Of a DNA stretch of 64,000 nt, positions 51,440 to 64,000 are shown piece by piece. The notes beneath the pieces were generated by a model. The model was not told the DNA's origin. It made no database searches and saw only the letters and a list, made by a program, of their open reading frames with translations. This stretch comes from Vicugna vicugna (taxonomy: Eukaryota): NCBI GenBank assembly GCA_013265495.1, contig MU058669.1:1497880-1561879 (forward strand), in the 5' to 3' direction. How positions within the stretch are numbered: the stretch's first letter is position 1; each line of letters starts with the position of its first letter. The position numbers and the translations under genes are program-made.

Positions 51440-54170
51440 AACTACCCTCTATTTTTTATTCAGGAATTGCTTCTAAAATGTAGTCACTAAATACCTTTGC
51501 TGTAGTTTTCTGATGGATATCCCTTGTCAGGTTAAGAGCATTACCTTCTATTTTAAAATAATTTTCTTCATAAAAAATTGTTGGACTCCATTGAATGCTT
51601 ATTCTGCCTCTTTTGAAATGGTCACAATTTGCTCTCTTTATCTGTTCAAGTGGTATATTTTGTAGACTTTCTGATTTTAAACAATCTTACAGTCTTGATA
51701 GATCCTTTTCATTCTGTATAACTATATGTATATATTTATACATGTATTTAGTTTAATATGCTGCTAAATTCAATCTGATTTTATTTTCCTTAGTTTTTTT
51801 TTTTTTCGACCTGTGTCCTTAAGAGATATTGGTCTGATTTTTTTCCACACTGTCCTTTTTTTAGTTTGGAATTAAGATTGTGTGAGCCTCATATAATGAG
51901 TTGGGTAGCTCACTTACTTTTTCTGTTTTCTGAAATGTTTTTAAAATTTGACAGAATAACTATGAACTATGGATCTGCAATGAAGGACAACTTTTATGTG
52001 TATTCATTTTTTTAATGCATGTCTGTTCAATATAGGTTTTGTTTATTCATAGTTTTCTAGACAATAATCCAATTTTTCTCAAAATTGTTGACAAAGTTAT
52101 TCATTAATAATATTTAAAGATTCTACTCTACTCTAGCTAGTGGTATGCTGGTAAATCTCTAAACATAATACTGCTTTGTAGTATTGGTCAATTTCCATGG
52201 TGTAAATACTCTTCCATGGTGGATTTCAAGCTATCAACATGGCGTCAGTGAATATGGAATTGGCCCATGATCAGCTCTCTAGTATCTGCTAGCTCCAGCT
52301 TGCCAGTTGAGTTATACTTTTTCTTTTTTCCTTTCTGATTTTATTCATTTGTGCCTTTTCTACCCCTTCCTCCCCCATCCAGTTTGTAAATCAGTCTTGT
52401 TAGAGGTTTTTATACTTTCTTAGACTATTTTAAAAGAATCAATTTATGGTTTCATTGATTCCCTTTTATTGTTTTCTTTCATGTAAATTTCAGCTATCTT
52501 TAATATAACTTTTATTCTGTGTTCTTCAGTTTGTTGTTAATTTTTTTAAAGCTTCTAGAGACTTAAAAGCATTTATTTTCCATTTGTTTAGTAATGAATT
52601 TAAAGGTATACATTTTAAAGTACTTTTTAGCTGCATGACACATATTTTCAGTATTATTTCTCATTATTTCAATCCTACAAACTTGTGGTTTATGTTTCAC
52701 TTCAGTTGTCTAAAAAGCGTTCACTTGCTTTTTGAGAGGAAGGACTTCCTATTCATGAATGATTATTAACTAGTACATGTAGATCTAAGATTACACGTCA
52801 CTTCTTAGAAATCTGAAACTAACTTTGTCTCTTCGTTCAACACTTTATGCATGCCTAAATGAATATATCGTCTTTAAAATAATTTCTGCCTTGTTAAATA
52901 TTTAATTCCAGTCTTTGCAATACAGATATATAATTTCTATTTACTTGGATGGAAAGCATTTTAAAACATCTCTGAGGTACTCCTCCCCAAAACAACCACC
53001 ATTGACACATATCTCAACAAACACAACTCCTAGGAGAGTTAAATGTAATTATCAAAAGGCAAAGAATACTGTCTTCAGATAGATTACTCCATATTGTTTG
53101 TCTTCCGTAGTACTCCATTTAGCATCCTTTTAACTTTTAAACACTGTTCACTTAGAACCCTGCTAGCAAAGCATATATATGCTACTCATTGTTTATATAA
53201 TTGAATTTTAATTTTAAAAAAAATCTAAGGGCAATGAAAGCAATGCAAATGATACATTACATTAGCACTGCCACCAACTTAAAAAACAGGAATGCCAATG
53301 CCATTTGGATTGGTAGCTCCTGTTTCTTGCTGCTCAAAGGAAACTCAAATTTGAAATTCATCTCAGTAAAAAGAAATACGGCTTTAATGGAATTTCTTTT
53401 AAAAGCGGAATTCCTGTAACCTTAAGAGAATATCTTAGAGTATTACTTCATCAGATGTAGAGATAAATTCGTAGATTCACGTATATATGCCTAATTCTTG
53501 TTGGTCTGTTTAAGAGTCTTATAATCTTGCTAAATTTTTCTTGTCTGCTTCATCTGTCTCTCATAGCAGTGTTTTAAAATATCCCAATGTGATTGTGGGT
53601 TTGTCGATTTCTTCTTATGCTTGTCGTTTTTATTTCACATGCTTTTATGCCAGGATGATGTGAAAATACAAAGTTCATGGGTTTTATGTCTTGTCGGTAA
53701 AGTATATTTTTTATTACCACATAATGTTCCTCTTTAGTCCTGTTAATGAGATTTTCCTTGTAATATAAGTTATTTCCATTTTTAATATTGTTATGCTATC
53801 TGGCTCATTTTTGTTTCAAATTCATTTCAGGAGTGTTTTAACAGTTTCTTACATATAGATTATCATTATTTATTGCTGTTTTTAATGTAACCTAATAATA
53901 TTTGTCTTCTAATCAGTGAGTTCAATTTCAGTATATTCATTACAGTTATTGATACATTTGGACTTATTTCTTTACCATCTTTTTTCTGTGTATCTTTTCC
54001 TCTCCTATGACTTGTGTTGCATCAGTAGAAAATGTAATGGTTAATTGTATAAAAATTCTATAATGATTCAGGATTTCTGTGCTTTTCCAGACCCCCCCTC
54101 AAAAAAAACACCTTTAGTGTATTTTAACTGTTTCACCTTGTTATTTTTATCTTGCTAAACAAATCTAAAA
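51440..54170 (-). mobile_element. Very old L1 ORF2 remnant (L1ME/L1M5-like), interrupted
   Basis: cccttgtcaggttaagagcattaccttctatt; gcctcatataatgagttgggtag; aatatcccaatgtgattgtgggtttgtcgatttc. Confidence 0.7.
52137..52310. mobile_element. MER63 (hAT-Blackjack)
   Basis: ctagtggtatgctggtaaat...atttccatggtgtaaatactcttccatggtggatttcaagctatcaacatggcgtcagtgaa. Confidence 0.75.
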
Positions 54171-55759
54171 ATAGTTAAATTAATTAGATTATTAACACAA
54201 CCTGACAAAAAATAAATAAATCCTAAAATCTCAGTGGCATAACAAAACAAACATGTTTAAAAAATTTCTTCCCATGCAAACTCCACGTCTGGCAGCTCCC
54301 TTCCTAGCAGCGACTTGGAGACCCTCTTAGGTTCCATCCTGCAGGAGGTCCCCAGTGACCTAGTAGGCTTACAGTTGTAGTTTAGAATTAGTGCCTCTTC
54401 CATGATGCCAGGGCCATGTCAGAGCCAAGCAAGGCTAGTGCACAGCTTGGCCCAGCTCCTGGGAGTGACCCTACATCTTTATTCCTTGACTCCCTGGTCT
54501 TATAGCTCTGACAGAGCATTCCCACTTAAAGAGCCAACGACCTTTATTGGGATAGGGAGGGACTCTTCCTTCTCGGATTAGAGGTGACTTATTCCAGGCT
54601 CTGGCTAGAAGCTGTGAACCATCCTCTAGGCCACTAACACCAAGGACTTAAGCATCCAGTTCCCCCTGCCTGCTTTACTCCCCGACCCGGAGAACTTTTG
54701 CCATCAGCCTTGGTCACATGTATTCTGAATCTGGTCCACAGAGTAAAAAAAAGTATTGTAACCATAAACCCACCATTGCATGGATTTCTAATTGCTTCTC
54801 TTTTATACATACCTCTTCTTGTTTAATTTCTTCCATTTTAAGGTTTGTGATTCCTTTTAATATATTAATAAAAGTGACTTATTTACATACATTTTAAGCA
54901 TCATAAATATGCAGCAATATACTTTAAAGTCTACTGAAGATCATTCCATAAGATTAAATTTCATGTGGTCCTTGTTGCATGGATACATTTTGGCCCCTGT
55001 TACTTTGACTCAGGAGTTGAACTCCAGCCCCCGCTGTCTGGTGGGCCCAGAGCAGCCTATGCTTTGATTCTATTCTTGCTTTGTTTCTAACACAGATTTC
55101 TCTATCTTATTTTGAAACCCTGCTATACATTTGCTCATTTATATTTCACGTATCATTGCCACATATTTGGAGTGGAGTGAGCAAATCAAACCATGAAATC
55201 ATTGCATTACCTAGACCAGAAATGTCAGTCCAATATATTTCTATTATTCTAAGCAAATGGGAGATTTAGTTAAAGTTTTTCCCAATCTGCTTGATTTACT
55301 TTTAATCATAATATTTTTCAAATAGCATTAGATTTTTTTAAAATGTTCAACATATGGCCACATGGATTAAAATAAATTGTTGTGATGTATTTCTCTCAAC
55401 TTTGTTACTCTTTTGTGCTCTGTCATAGATCCACAAATGCACACTACAGTGTGTGCTACAAAATGGTCTTAAACCCTCTTAATCCCTCTGGACAACACAT
55501 ACTAAAGTAGTCAGCTCCGGCTCAGGTGGGAGGACTGTTAGGAAAGCCTTTGGCTTCAGCAGAGAATAGAGAGCGCTCTTACAGACCATGCCCATGACTT
55601 GAAGAGCTTTTCCTGGATGGTAGCTGTGTGCCCCGCTCTCAGATATATTTGCTTCCTCCTCACTCAGTGCAGAGGAGTTAAAAACCGTCTACACTTTGCT
55701 CACCAGGGGACTAAGCAATCAAGAAGCGTTACTAGAAACGACAGAGGCTTAAGTTGTCT

Positions 55760-55842
55760 GTCAATCATTTGTCACCAAACCTCTGTTGAATCACCATTAT
55801 GTCCCAAGTGTTGTTCTAGGAACTGGCAATATGGAAGTAAGC

Positions 55843-55885
<43 letters not shown>

Positions 55886-56128
55886 ACTGTCTATATAGAG
55901 ATAGAAACAAATAAATAATATATGTAATGTGTTGGACAAATCATAAACACTGTATTATCAGACAAAGCAGAGAAGAAATGTGTAAACCAGCCGTCTTAAA
56001 CGGAGTGGTATCTGAGAAGATGACACCTCTACCCAACATGAAGAGGTGTGTGAACAAGTCACATGGACAACGTGGGGACAGCACTGGGGCAGGGGTGAGA
56101 GTCCTCAGCGAAGGGATCAGTCACCACT
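55760..56128 (-). mobile_element. L2 fragment containing a (CA)n microsatellite
   Basis: ctctgttgaatcaccattatgtcccaagtgttgttctaggaactgg...tctgagaagatgacac...ggggacagcactggggcagggg. Confidence 0.6.
55844..55882. repeat. (CA)~19 microsatellite
   Basis: Perfect CA run. Confidence 0.97.
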
Positions 56129-57407
56129 TAGAAGTAGGATTCCTGGATCCTAGGGGAGTTCTGTTTTAAGTTTTTTGAGGAACTTCTGTACTGTTTTTGG
56201 GAGTGGCTATACCCATTGACAGTCTTACCAACAGTGCACCAGAGCTCCCTTTTTTCCACATCCTCACCAACACTTGTTACCTCTTGTTTTTTTTGATAAT
56301 AGCCATAGTCTAGCAGGTACATGGTGGTATCTCATTGTGGTTTTGATTTGCATTTCCCTGATGATTAGTGATGTTGAGCATCTTTTCAGGTACCTATTGG
56401 CCATTGTATGTTTTCTTTGGAAAAATGTCTGTTCAGATCCTCTGCTCATGTTTTAATCACATTGTTTGGATTTTTAAAATCCTTTAGAGTTTTATGAGTT
56501 CCTTATCTATTTTGGATATGGATCCCTTATCAGTATATGACTTGCAAATATTTTCTCCTATTCTGTAGGTTGCCTTTTCATACTATTGATGGTTTCTTTT
56601 GCTGTGCAGGAAGAAGCTTTTTAGTTTGATGTAAGTCCACGTGTTTATTTTTAATGCTTTTGGTGTCATATTCAAAAAAATTGTTGCCAACACTCATGTC
56701 AGGAAGATTTAAGTTAATTTTTGTGACTGTGTAAGAGAGGGATCCAATTTCATTTTTCTGCATGTGGTTATCCGGTTTTCCCAGCACCATTTATTAAAGA
56801 GACTGTGCTTTCCTCATTGAGTATTCTTTGCTCCATTGTCAGATGTTAGTCAGTTGTATATGTGGGAGTTTATTTCTGGGCTCTTGATTCCATTCTGTTG
56901 GTATATATGTCTGTTTTTATGCTAGGACCACACTGTTTTGATTACTGTAGCTTCGTGGTATAGTTTGAAATCCAGAAGTGTGATGCCTCCAGCATTATTG
57001 TGCCTCCTCAGAACTTCTTTGGCTATTTAGGGTCTTTTGTGGTTCCATATCCAGTTGGTATTTCTTTTTTCTGTTTCTGTGAAAAATACCATTGGAATTA
57101 TGATACAGATTGTATTAAATCTTTAAGTGGCTTTGGGTAATATGGACACTTAAACAATGCTGACTCTGATCCCTGAACATGGGATAGCTTTCCATTTATT
57201 TGTGTGTTCTTCAGTTTCATTCATCAGTGTATACATCTTTCACTTCCTTGGCTAAATTTATTCTTGTGCATTTTATTCTTTTTTATGCTATTATAAATAA
57301 GATTGCTTTCTTTATTTTTTTAGATATTGTATTGTTAGTATATACAAATACAACTGACTTTTGTATGTTGATTTCATATCCTGCAACTTTAGTGAGTTTA
57401 TTAGTTC

Positions 57408-57408
<1 letters not shown>

Positions 57409-57450
<42 letters not shown>
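57409..57450. repeat. (TA)n(TG)n microsatellite
   Basis: tatatata then a tg run, within L1. Confidence 0.95.
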
Positions 57451-57451
<1 letters not shown>

Positions 57452-59708
57452 TTACTTTTTTTGTGAGAGTCTTTAGGATTTTCTGTATAAAAGATCATAT
57501 TATCAGCATTCAGAGACAATTTTACTTTTGCCTTTCCAATTTGGATACCTTTTATTTCTTTTTCTTCCCTATTTACTCTGGTTATGGCTTCCAGAACTAA
57601 GCCGAACAGAAGTGGTGAGAGTTGGCACCCTTGTTTTGTCCCTGATCTTAAAGGAAAAGCTTTAAACTTTCATTCTTGAGTATATTCACTGTAGGTTTGC
57701 CATATATGACCTTGATTATATTGAGGTATGTTACTTCTATATCCAGTTTGTGCCATTTTAATCATGAAAGGTTCTTGAATTTTGCCAGATGCTTTTCCTT
57801 CAACTATTGAGATAATGATAAGGTTTTTGTTTTTAATTTTGTTATTGTCCTGTATCACACTGATTGACTTGCATACATTGAACCATCTTTGTATCCTAAG
57901 GGATAAATCCCTCTTGATCTTGGTGTTGTATGGTCCTTTAATGTGCTATTGATTTCAGTTTGTTAGTATTTCCTTAAGAATTTTTGTGTCTTGTGAATTT
58001 GTTATATTTTCTTACAGTATTGTAATACTGGCATCAAAAAATGAGTTTAAGTGCATTACTTCCTCTTCAGTTTTTAGAGCTGTTCCGAAGAATTGGCATT
58101 AAATGTTTGGTAGAATCCACCTGTGAAATCACCTGGTCCTGGGCTTTTCTTTGTTGGGAAGTTTTTGATTATGATTTTAATCTATTTACTAGGTATTGGT
58201 CTGTTCAGATTATCTATTTTTTATGATTCAAACATCTTAGATTATATAGTTCTAGGAACTTACCCATCTCTTTTAGGTTGTCTGATATGTTGGTGTATAA
58301 TTGTTCATAGGACAGTCCTTTGCATTTGTATATTGTCAAGTGTAATGTCTTTTTTCTTTCATTGACACTTGTATGTATTTAAGTTTTCTCTGACATGTCA
58401 AAGTTCCATTGATCTGTTCTATTGTTTTCCTACTCTGTCATGTATTTCTGCTCTGCTTTTTATTATCTCCTTTCTTCTGCTAATGTTGGACTCAGTTTGT
58501 TCTTAGAGTTTTTACAGGTGTAAAGTTAGGTTGTTTGACATTTTGTTTTTTTAACATATGCATTTATTAGTAGAAATTTCCTTCTTAGCACTAATTTTGC
58601 TATATTCCATATGTTTAGGTATGGTGTATTTCCATTTTTGTTTGTTTCAGAATATTTTTATTTCCCTTTTGGTCTTATCATTGACCCATAGGATGTTTAG
58701 AAGTGTATAGTTCAATTTCTACATATTTGTTAATTTTCCATTTTTCCTCCTGTTACTGATTTCTACTTTCATACTGTTGTGGTCAAAAAAATATTTGGTA
58801 TGATTTCAGTGTTTTAAAATTAGTTTAGAATGTTTTATGACCTAATATATGATCCATCCTGAAGAATATTTCATGTGTGCTTGAGAAGAGTGCATAACAC
58901 TGCTGTTGGATGGAAATTTCTGTATATTCTGTTAGGCCCATTGAATCTAAAGTGTAATTCAAGACCAGTGTTTTCTTCTTCATTTTCTTTCTGGATGATC
59001 TTTCCATTGTTGAAAATGAGATACTGAAGTCTTCTCTTACTGTTGTCTTACCACTCCCTTCAGATCTTTTAGTATTTGCTTAATATATTTAGATGCTCCA
59101 ATGTTGGGAATATATATATTTAAAATTGTTATATCCCCATGATGAGTTTTCTCTTATACTGTTTTTTGAGTTAAAATTTATTTTGTCTAACTATAGCTCC
59201 TTGCTTTCTTTCAGTCTCCATTTGTGTGGAGTATCTTTTTCTCTCCTTTCATTTTGAGCCTATGTGTGTTCTTGAATCTGAAGTGAGTTTCTTACAGGCA
59301 GCATATAATTGGGTCTTGTCTCTCTTTTTAAAATTCAGTCATCCACGCTGTGCCTTTCAACTAGAGAATTTGATTAATTTATATTTAAAGTAATTATTGA
59401 TTGATAAGGACTTACTGTTGACATCATGGTTATCGTTTTTTGGCTGTTGTGTAGTTCCTTTTCTGCTTTCATCCTCTCCTCATGCCTGCCTTTGTGAATA
59501 GATGATTTTCTTTAATCGTATATTTTCTGTTCTCTTTATTTTGCATATATCAACTATTGGTTTTTGTTTTGTGGTTACTTTGAGGCTTACCTGAAACATC
59601 AGTATAATAGTCTAATTTATGCTCATAACAACTTTAATTGCATACAAAAACTGTTGCCTTTTATTACCACCCACCCATTTTGTTGTTTTTATTTTCAGTT
59701 TACATCTT

Positions 59709-59732
59709 TGTGTGTGTGTGTGTGTGTGTGTG
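59709..59732. repeat. (TG)12 microsatellite
   Basis: Perfect TG run. Confidence 0.95.
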
Positions 59733-60419
59733 TATTTGGTAACAGGTTATCATAGCTATTTTGAATACTTTTGTCCTTTAACTTCCGTACCAGAGTTAAG
59801 TTGTAGAAACACCACCATATCACAGTTATTAGGGTATTCTGAATCTGACTGTTTATATTTACCAGTATGTTGTATTTTTCATGTTTTCATGTCACTAATC
59901 TGTATCTTTTGTTTCAACTTGAAGAACTCCTTTCAGCATTTCTTGTAAAACAGGTCTAGTGGTGATAAATTTCCTCAGCTTTTTTTGTTTGTTTCTTTGG
60001 GAAAGTCTTTATCTCACCTCCGTTTCTGAAATTCAGCTTTGCTGGATAAAATATTCTTGGTTGGCAGGGTTTTTTTTTTTTCTTGAATGCTTTGAATATA
60101 TCACCCGACTCTTCCCTGACCTATAAAGTTTCTGCTGGAAAATCCACTTACAACAATGGACATTTATTTGTATGAGATTTTTTTTTTCCTCTTGCTGCTT
60201 TTAAAATGATCTTTGTCTTTGGTTTTAGACAGTTTTATTATAATAAATCTTAGGGAAGGTAACTTTACATTGAAATTATGGGGTGACATATTAGCTTCAT
60301 GACTTTGAGTATCCAAATCTCTTCTGAGGTTTAGGAAGTTCTCAGCCATTATTTCTTTAAATAAGCTTTTCCCCTCTTTTCTCCTTCTGGCACTTCAGTG
60401 ACACATGTTATTTTTATTA

Positions 60420-61620
60420 AAATAGTAATGCCTTTTTATATTCCCACTATCAAGGTATGGCTGTATATATGTTTTCCCAGAATCTTGCCAGGACATATGT
60501 TCAAACTGTTGGAATTTTACTAATCAAGTAATGGTTGGAACTGGTAACTTGGTATAATTTTCATTTGGATTGTTCTCATTGTTATTAAAGTTGAGAATTT
60601 TTCCATATGCTTAGGGGCCATTTGTATTTCTTAACCTGTGACTAGGCTGATCATGTGCATTTTCCCACTGGATTGTTGCTCTTTTAATTCTCAACATATA
60701 AGAGCTCTTTATACAGTACGCAGATGAGAAGCCCCTTGTCTAATTGAGAATTTGTGAATATTGCTTCCTTGACTGTGCTTTGTCTTTTCTATTTATAGAC
60801 CTTTCATTGTAAAGTGAGACCATCAAAACCACCAAAAACAAATATACAGCTTAGCAAACTTCAGCTACCCTCTAGGTCATGAAATAGACATTTCCACGCA
60901 TCTCAGAAGGCTTATCCATGTGCTTTGTCCTAAATACTCCTCCTTTCTTCTCCCCAAAATACCCAGTATCCTGCATTTTATAGTAATCACTCTCTTGTTT
61001 GTCTTCATAATGGCATCACCTAATTGTACATCTCTGGACACTCTCACTTAGTCTGGCCTATTTTTTAAAATCCAATATATATGTTAAGATTCTTCAGATC
61101 TACGGGTTTCCTAGCTTTTTTTTTTTTTTCCTGTCTTTTTTCTTCTCTTTTCCATACAATTTATCTCCCAAAGAGCTTAGAGCATTTGATCTGTAGGGCT
61201 TCCTATCGTCTCATTGTTAATGACTGTACACTCTTAGTGAAGCCGACACTCTGCATTGTCCTTTGTGTATGCTGGAAACTGAGAGGTAGATCTAGAGACT
61301 TGATGAGATGCAGGTTTGACCCCTTGTGAATGACTGTGTGTGATGTTAAGTCCTCAGGAGATAAATAATATCTAGTTTTTGTTCTTTTTGATGTTAGCAT
61401 CTACTGCTGCTTAAAATCAGCATACATTAATTCACTGGAGATTTTAAAATATAATACCTTAATTATATTATGTTTGTGATCTACTTGCAGAATAATTTTA
61501 TAACAAGATGTTTCATTCACTGTTAGATTACTAATAACAGAATTCATATAACAAAATAAATACCTGTGTCTTTTCTATTACATATCTAGTTTTTAAAATA
61601 AAAATTTACCTGTCACTCTT
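60420..61620 (-). mobile_element. Old L1 fragments (ORF2 3' end, then L1MC-type 3' UTR)
   Basis: aagttgagaatttttccatatgcttaggggccatttgtatttc; gctggaaactgagaggtagatctagagacttgatgagatgcagg. Confidence 0.65.
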
Positions 61621-61641
61621 ACAGAGTGAACGCTACCATTA

Positions 61642-62124
61642 AAGACAGTTTCTGACTTTGGATGGTTTGACTTAGGATTTTTCAAATTTATGATGCTGTG
61701 AAAGTGATAGACTTTCATAAGAAACTGTATTTTGAATTTTGAATTTTGATTTCTTCCTGGGCTAGCAGTATGAGGTACTGTCCTCTCTCGTGGTGCTGGG
61801 CGGTGGCAGTAAGCCCCAGCTCCTAGCCAACCATGCGGTCACAACTGAGCCACTTACAACTGACCTGTGCTCCGATGACCATTCTGGTTTTCACTTCCAG
61901 TACAGTATTCAAAACTTACATGAGCTATTCAATACTTTATTATAAAATAGGCTTCTTGCCAGATGTTTTTACCCAACGGGAGGCTAATGAAAGTGTTCTG
62001 AGTATGTTTAAGGTAGGCAAGGCTAAGCTATGGTATTTCATGGTGTATTAAGTGCACTTTCAATATTTTCAACTTGTGATAAGTTTATGGGAAAGTAACC
62101 CCATCATAAGTTAAGGAAGATCTA
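61642..62124 (-). mobile_element. MER47 (Tigger5-derived TcMar DNA transposon)
   Basis: gaattttgaattttgatttcttcctgggctagc...gtgttctgagtatgtttaaggtaggcaaggctaagctatg...gtaaccccatcataagttaaggaagatct followed by TA. Confidence 0.85.
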
Positions 62125-62335
62125 TATAAAATTGTGAATGCAGCATATTTTAAAGCCTACAAAAAATGTCTAATTTCCTAGGAAGCATAATTTTCCCAAA
62201 CCATTCCTTGTGAAGGTAGAAGGATTAAGCAGATATATTTCCATAGGAGAAAAAAAAAATACGAGGGAGGTCCTTATGGGAAACAAAGCAAAACAAATCA
62301 TTGCGCACAAATTATTTCATAGAATTTAAATAACC

Positions 62336-63228
62336 ATTTATTTTTTAATTTTATTTTTAACATTTTTTAGTGAGTTATAGTCATTTTACAATATTGTGTC
62401 AAATTCCAGTGTAGAGCACAATTTTTCAGTTATACAGGAACATACATATATTCATTGTCACATTTTTTTCTCTCTGTGAGCCACCACAAGATCTTGTATA
62501 TATTGCCTTGTGCTGTACAGTATAATCTTGTTTATCTGTTCTACATCTACATTGCTGAGATTTATGTAAGATAGTGTTTTGCCTATGTTTTCTTCTATGA
62601 GGTTTATAGTGTCTTGTCTTATGTTTAAGTCTTTAAGCCATTTTGAGTTTATTTTTGTGTATGGTGTGAGGGAGTGTTCTAACTTCATTAATTTACATGC
62701 AGCAGTTCCCAACACCATTTGCTGAAGAGACTGTCTTTACTCCATTGTATGTTCTTGCCTCCTTTGTCAAAGATGAATTGACCAAATGTTTATGTATTTA
62801 TTTCTGGCCTCTCTATTCTGCTCCATTGATCCATAAATCTGTTTTTTATCAATACCATGCTGTTTTGATTACTGTGGTATTGTCTGAAGTCTGGGAGGGT
62901 TATTCCTCCAGCTTTGTTCTTTTTCTTCCGTATTGTTTGGCAATTCTGGGTCTTTTGTGTTTTCATATAAATTTTAAGATATTTATTCTACTTCTGTGAA
63001 AAATGTCTCAGGTAATTTGATAGGGATGGCATTAAATCTGTAGATTGCTTTGGATAATATGGCCATTTTATCAATATTAATTCTTCCAATCCAAGAATAT
63101 GAGATATCTTTCCATTTCTTTAAGGCATGTTTAATTTCCTTAGTCAGTGTTTTGTAGTTCTCTACGTACAAGTCTTTCACTTCCTTGGTCAGATTTATTC
63201 CTAAGTATTCAATTTTTTTTGGATGCAA
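62336..63228 (-). mobile_element. Young camelid-type L1, 5' truncated and internally deleted
   Basis: 3' end ttatagtcattttacaatattgtgtcaaattccagtgtagagcacaatttttcag; ORF2 peptides [14 protein letters not shown]...[29 protein letters not shown] and [18 protein letters not shown]. Confidence 0.92.
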
Positions 63229-63229
63229 T

Positions 63230-63730
63230 CTATCTCTAAGAATCTGTCCTCAAGTTATTCAAGCCAAAAATATGAAAAGACATATGCATCAGGATATGAA
63301 TTGTAGTGCTCTGCAACTGGAAGACTGGAAATTGGACCTATATGTCCATCACTAGGGGACTGGTTGAATAAACTGTGATGCATTTACCGTTTGGAAAACT
63401 GAGAAGGATGAGACATATCTCTTGATACTGTCATAGCATGATCTTTACCACTTATCTAAGGGAAGAGGGAGATACAAATATAAATGCGTATTTGCTGGTA
63501 ACTTTTCCAGTTTTAAAAATATCAAATAAATAGAAATCATTAACTATAGGGAAAGTAAGGGAATACAGTGGAGGAAGTTGTTTGTAGATTTGACTTAGAA
63601 TACACAATTACATAATAAGTAAGTAAAAAGCAATGTGGAAAATCTAAAGCAAGACGAAACAAGTGAACCTGTGTATCACAGTGGAGGCATAAGTAGTGGA
63701 CAGGAACTATTCCAAGTGGCATAAAAAACA
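63230..63730 (+). mobile_element. Old L1 (L1MC/ME) ORF2 end and 3' UTR
   Basis: aagactggaaattggacctatatgtccatcactaggggactggttgaataaactgtg...gtgaacctgtgtatcacagtgg. Confidence 0.6.
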
Positions 63731-63736
63731 AAGTGA

Positions 63737-64000
63737 CTTGACTTATTTCACTTAGTATGATAATCTCCAGGTCCATCCATGTTGCTATAAATGGTATTAT
63801 TTCATTTTTATGGCTGAGTAGTACTCCACTATGTATGTATGTATGTATGTGTATATATATATATATGCAGTGGAATGTATGTGTGTGTACACACACACAT
63901 ACACACAACCTGGAATACTACTCAGCCATAATATACATATACATACATATATATACATATATATATGAAAATATCTATATAGCCATTATATATATACACA
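63737..64000 (-). mobile_element. L1 3' fragment with a TA/TG/CA-rich low-complexity tract
   Basis: ORF 63540-63908 contains HKNEIIPFIATWMDLEIIILSEISQ (L1 ORF2 C-terminus); (TATG)n/(TA)n/(CA)n runs to the window end. Confidence 0.85.

Larger units (their letters stand above)
56130..60410 (-). mobile_element. L1 (ORF2 plus part of ORF1), decayed
   Basis: ORF2 peptides ([60 protein letters not shown]) and ORF1 peptide (MAENFLNLRRDLDTQSHEA...IIIKLSK). Confidence 0.92.

Overview
AT-rich mammalian intronic or intergenic DNA, most likely from a camelid (alpaca or camel). That assignment rests on the youngest L1 3' ends, which resemble camelid L1 as I recall it, and on the absence of Alu, B1/B2, BovB/Bov-tA, PRE-1, SINEC and ERE SINEs. 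No protein-coding gene or structural RNA gene can be supported; the only recognisable ORF-track peptides are decayed LINE-1 ORF1/ORF2 fragments. The window is mostly transposon fossils: nested L1 blocks (mainly minus strand), L2, L3/CR1, MIR, MaLR/ERVL LTRs, two ERV1-type solo LTRs with target-site duplications, and DNA transposons (MER5, MER53, MER63, MER47). Notable structure includes a ~2.1 kb near-identical tandem duplication containing an N gap (possibly an assembly artefact), a 152/162 bp tandem duplication, and a MER53 with a doubled hairpin core carrying a miR-1302-like sequence. There are also rearranged L1s, short CpG-dense patches, and several repeat-free, motif-rich blocks that may be enhancers or unannotated exons. 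I found no convincing novel biological system. Repeat family names come from recalled consensus sequences, not a database search, and most repeat boundaries are approximate.
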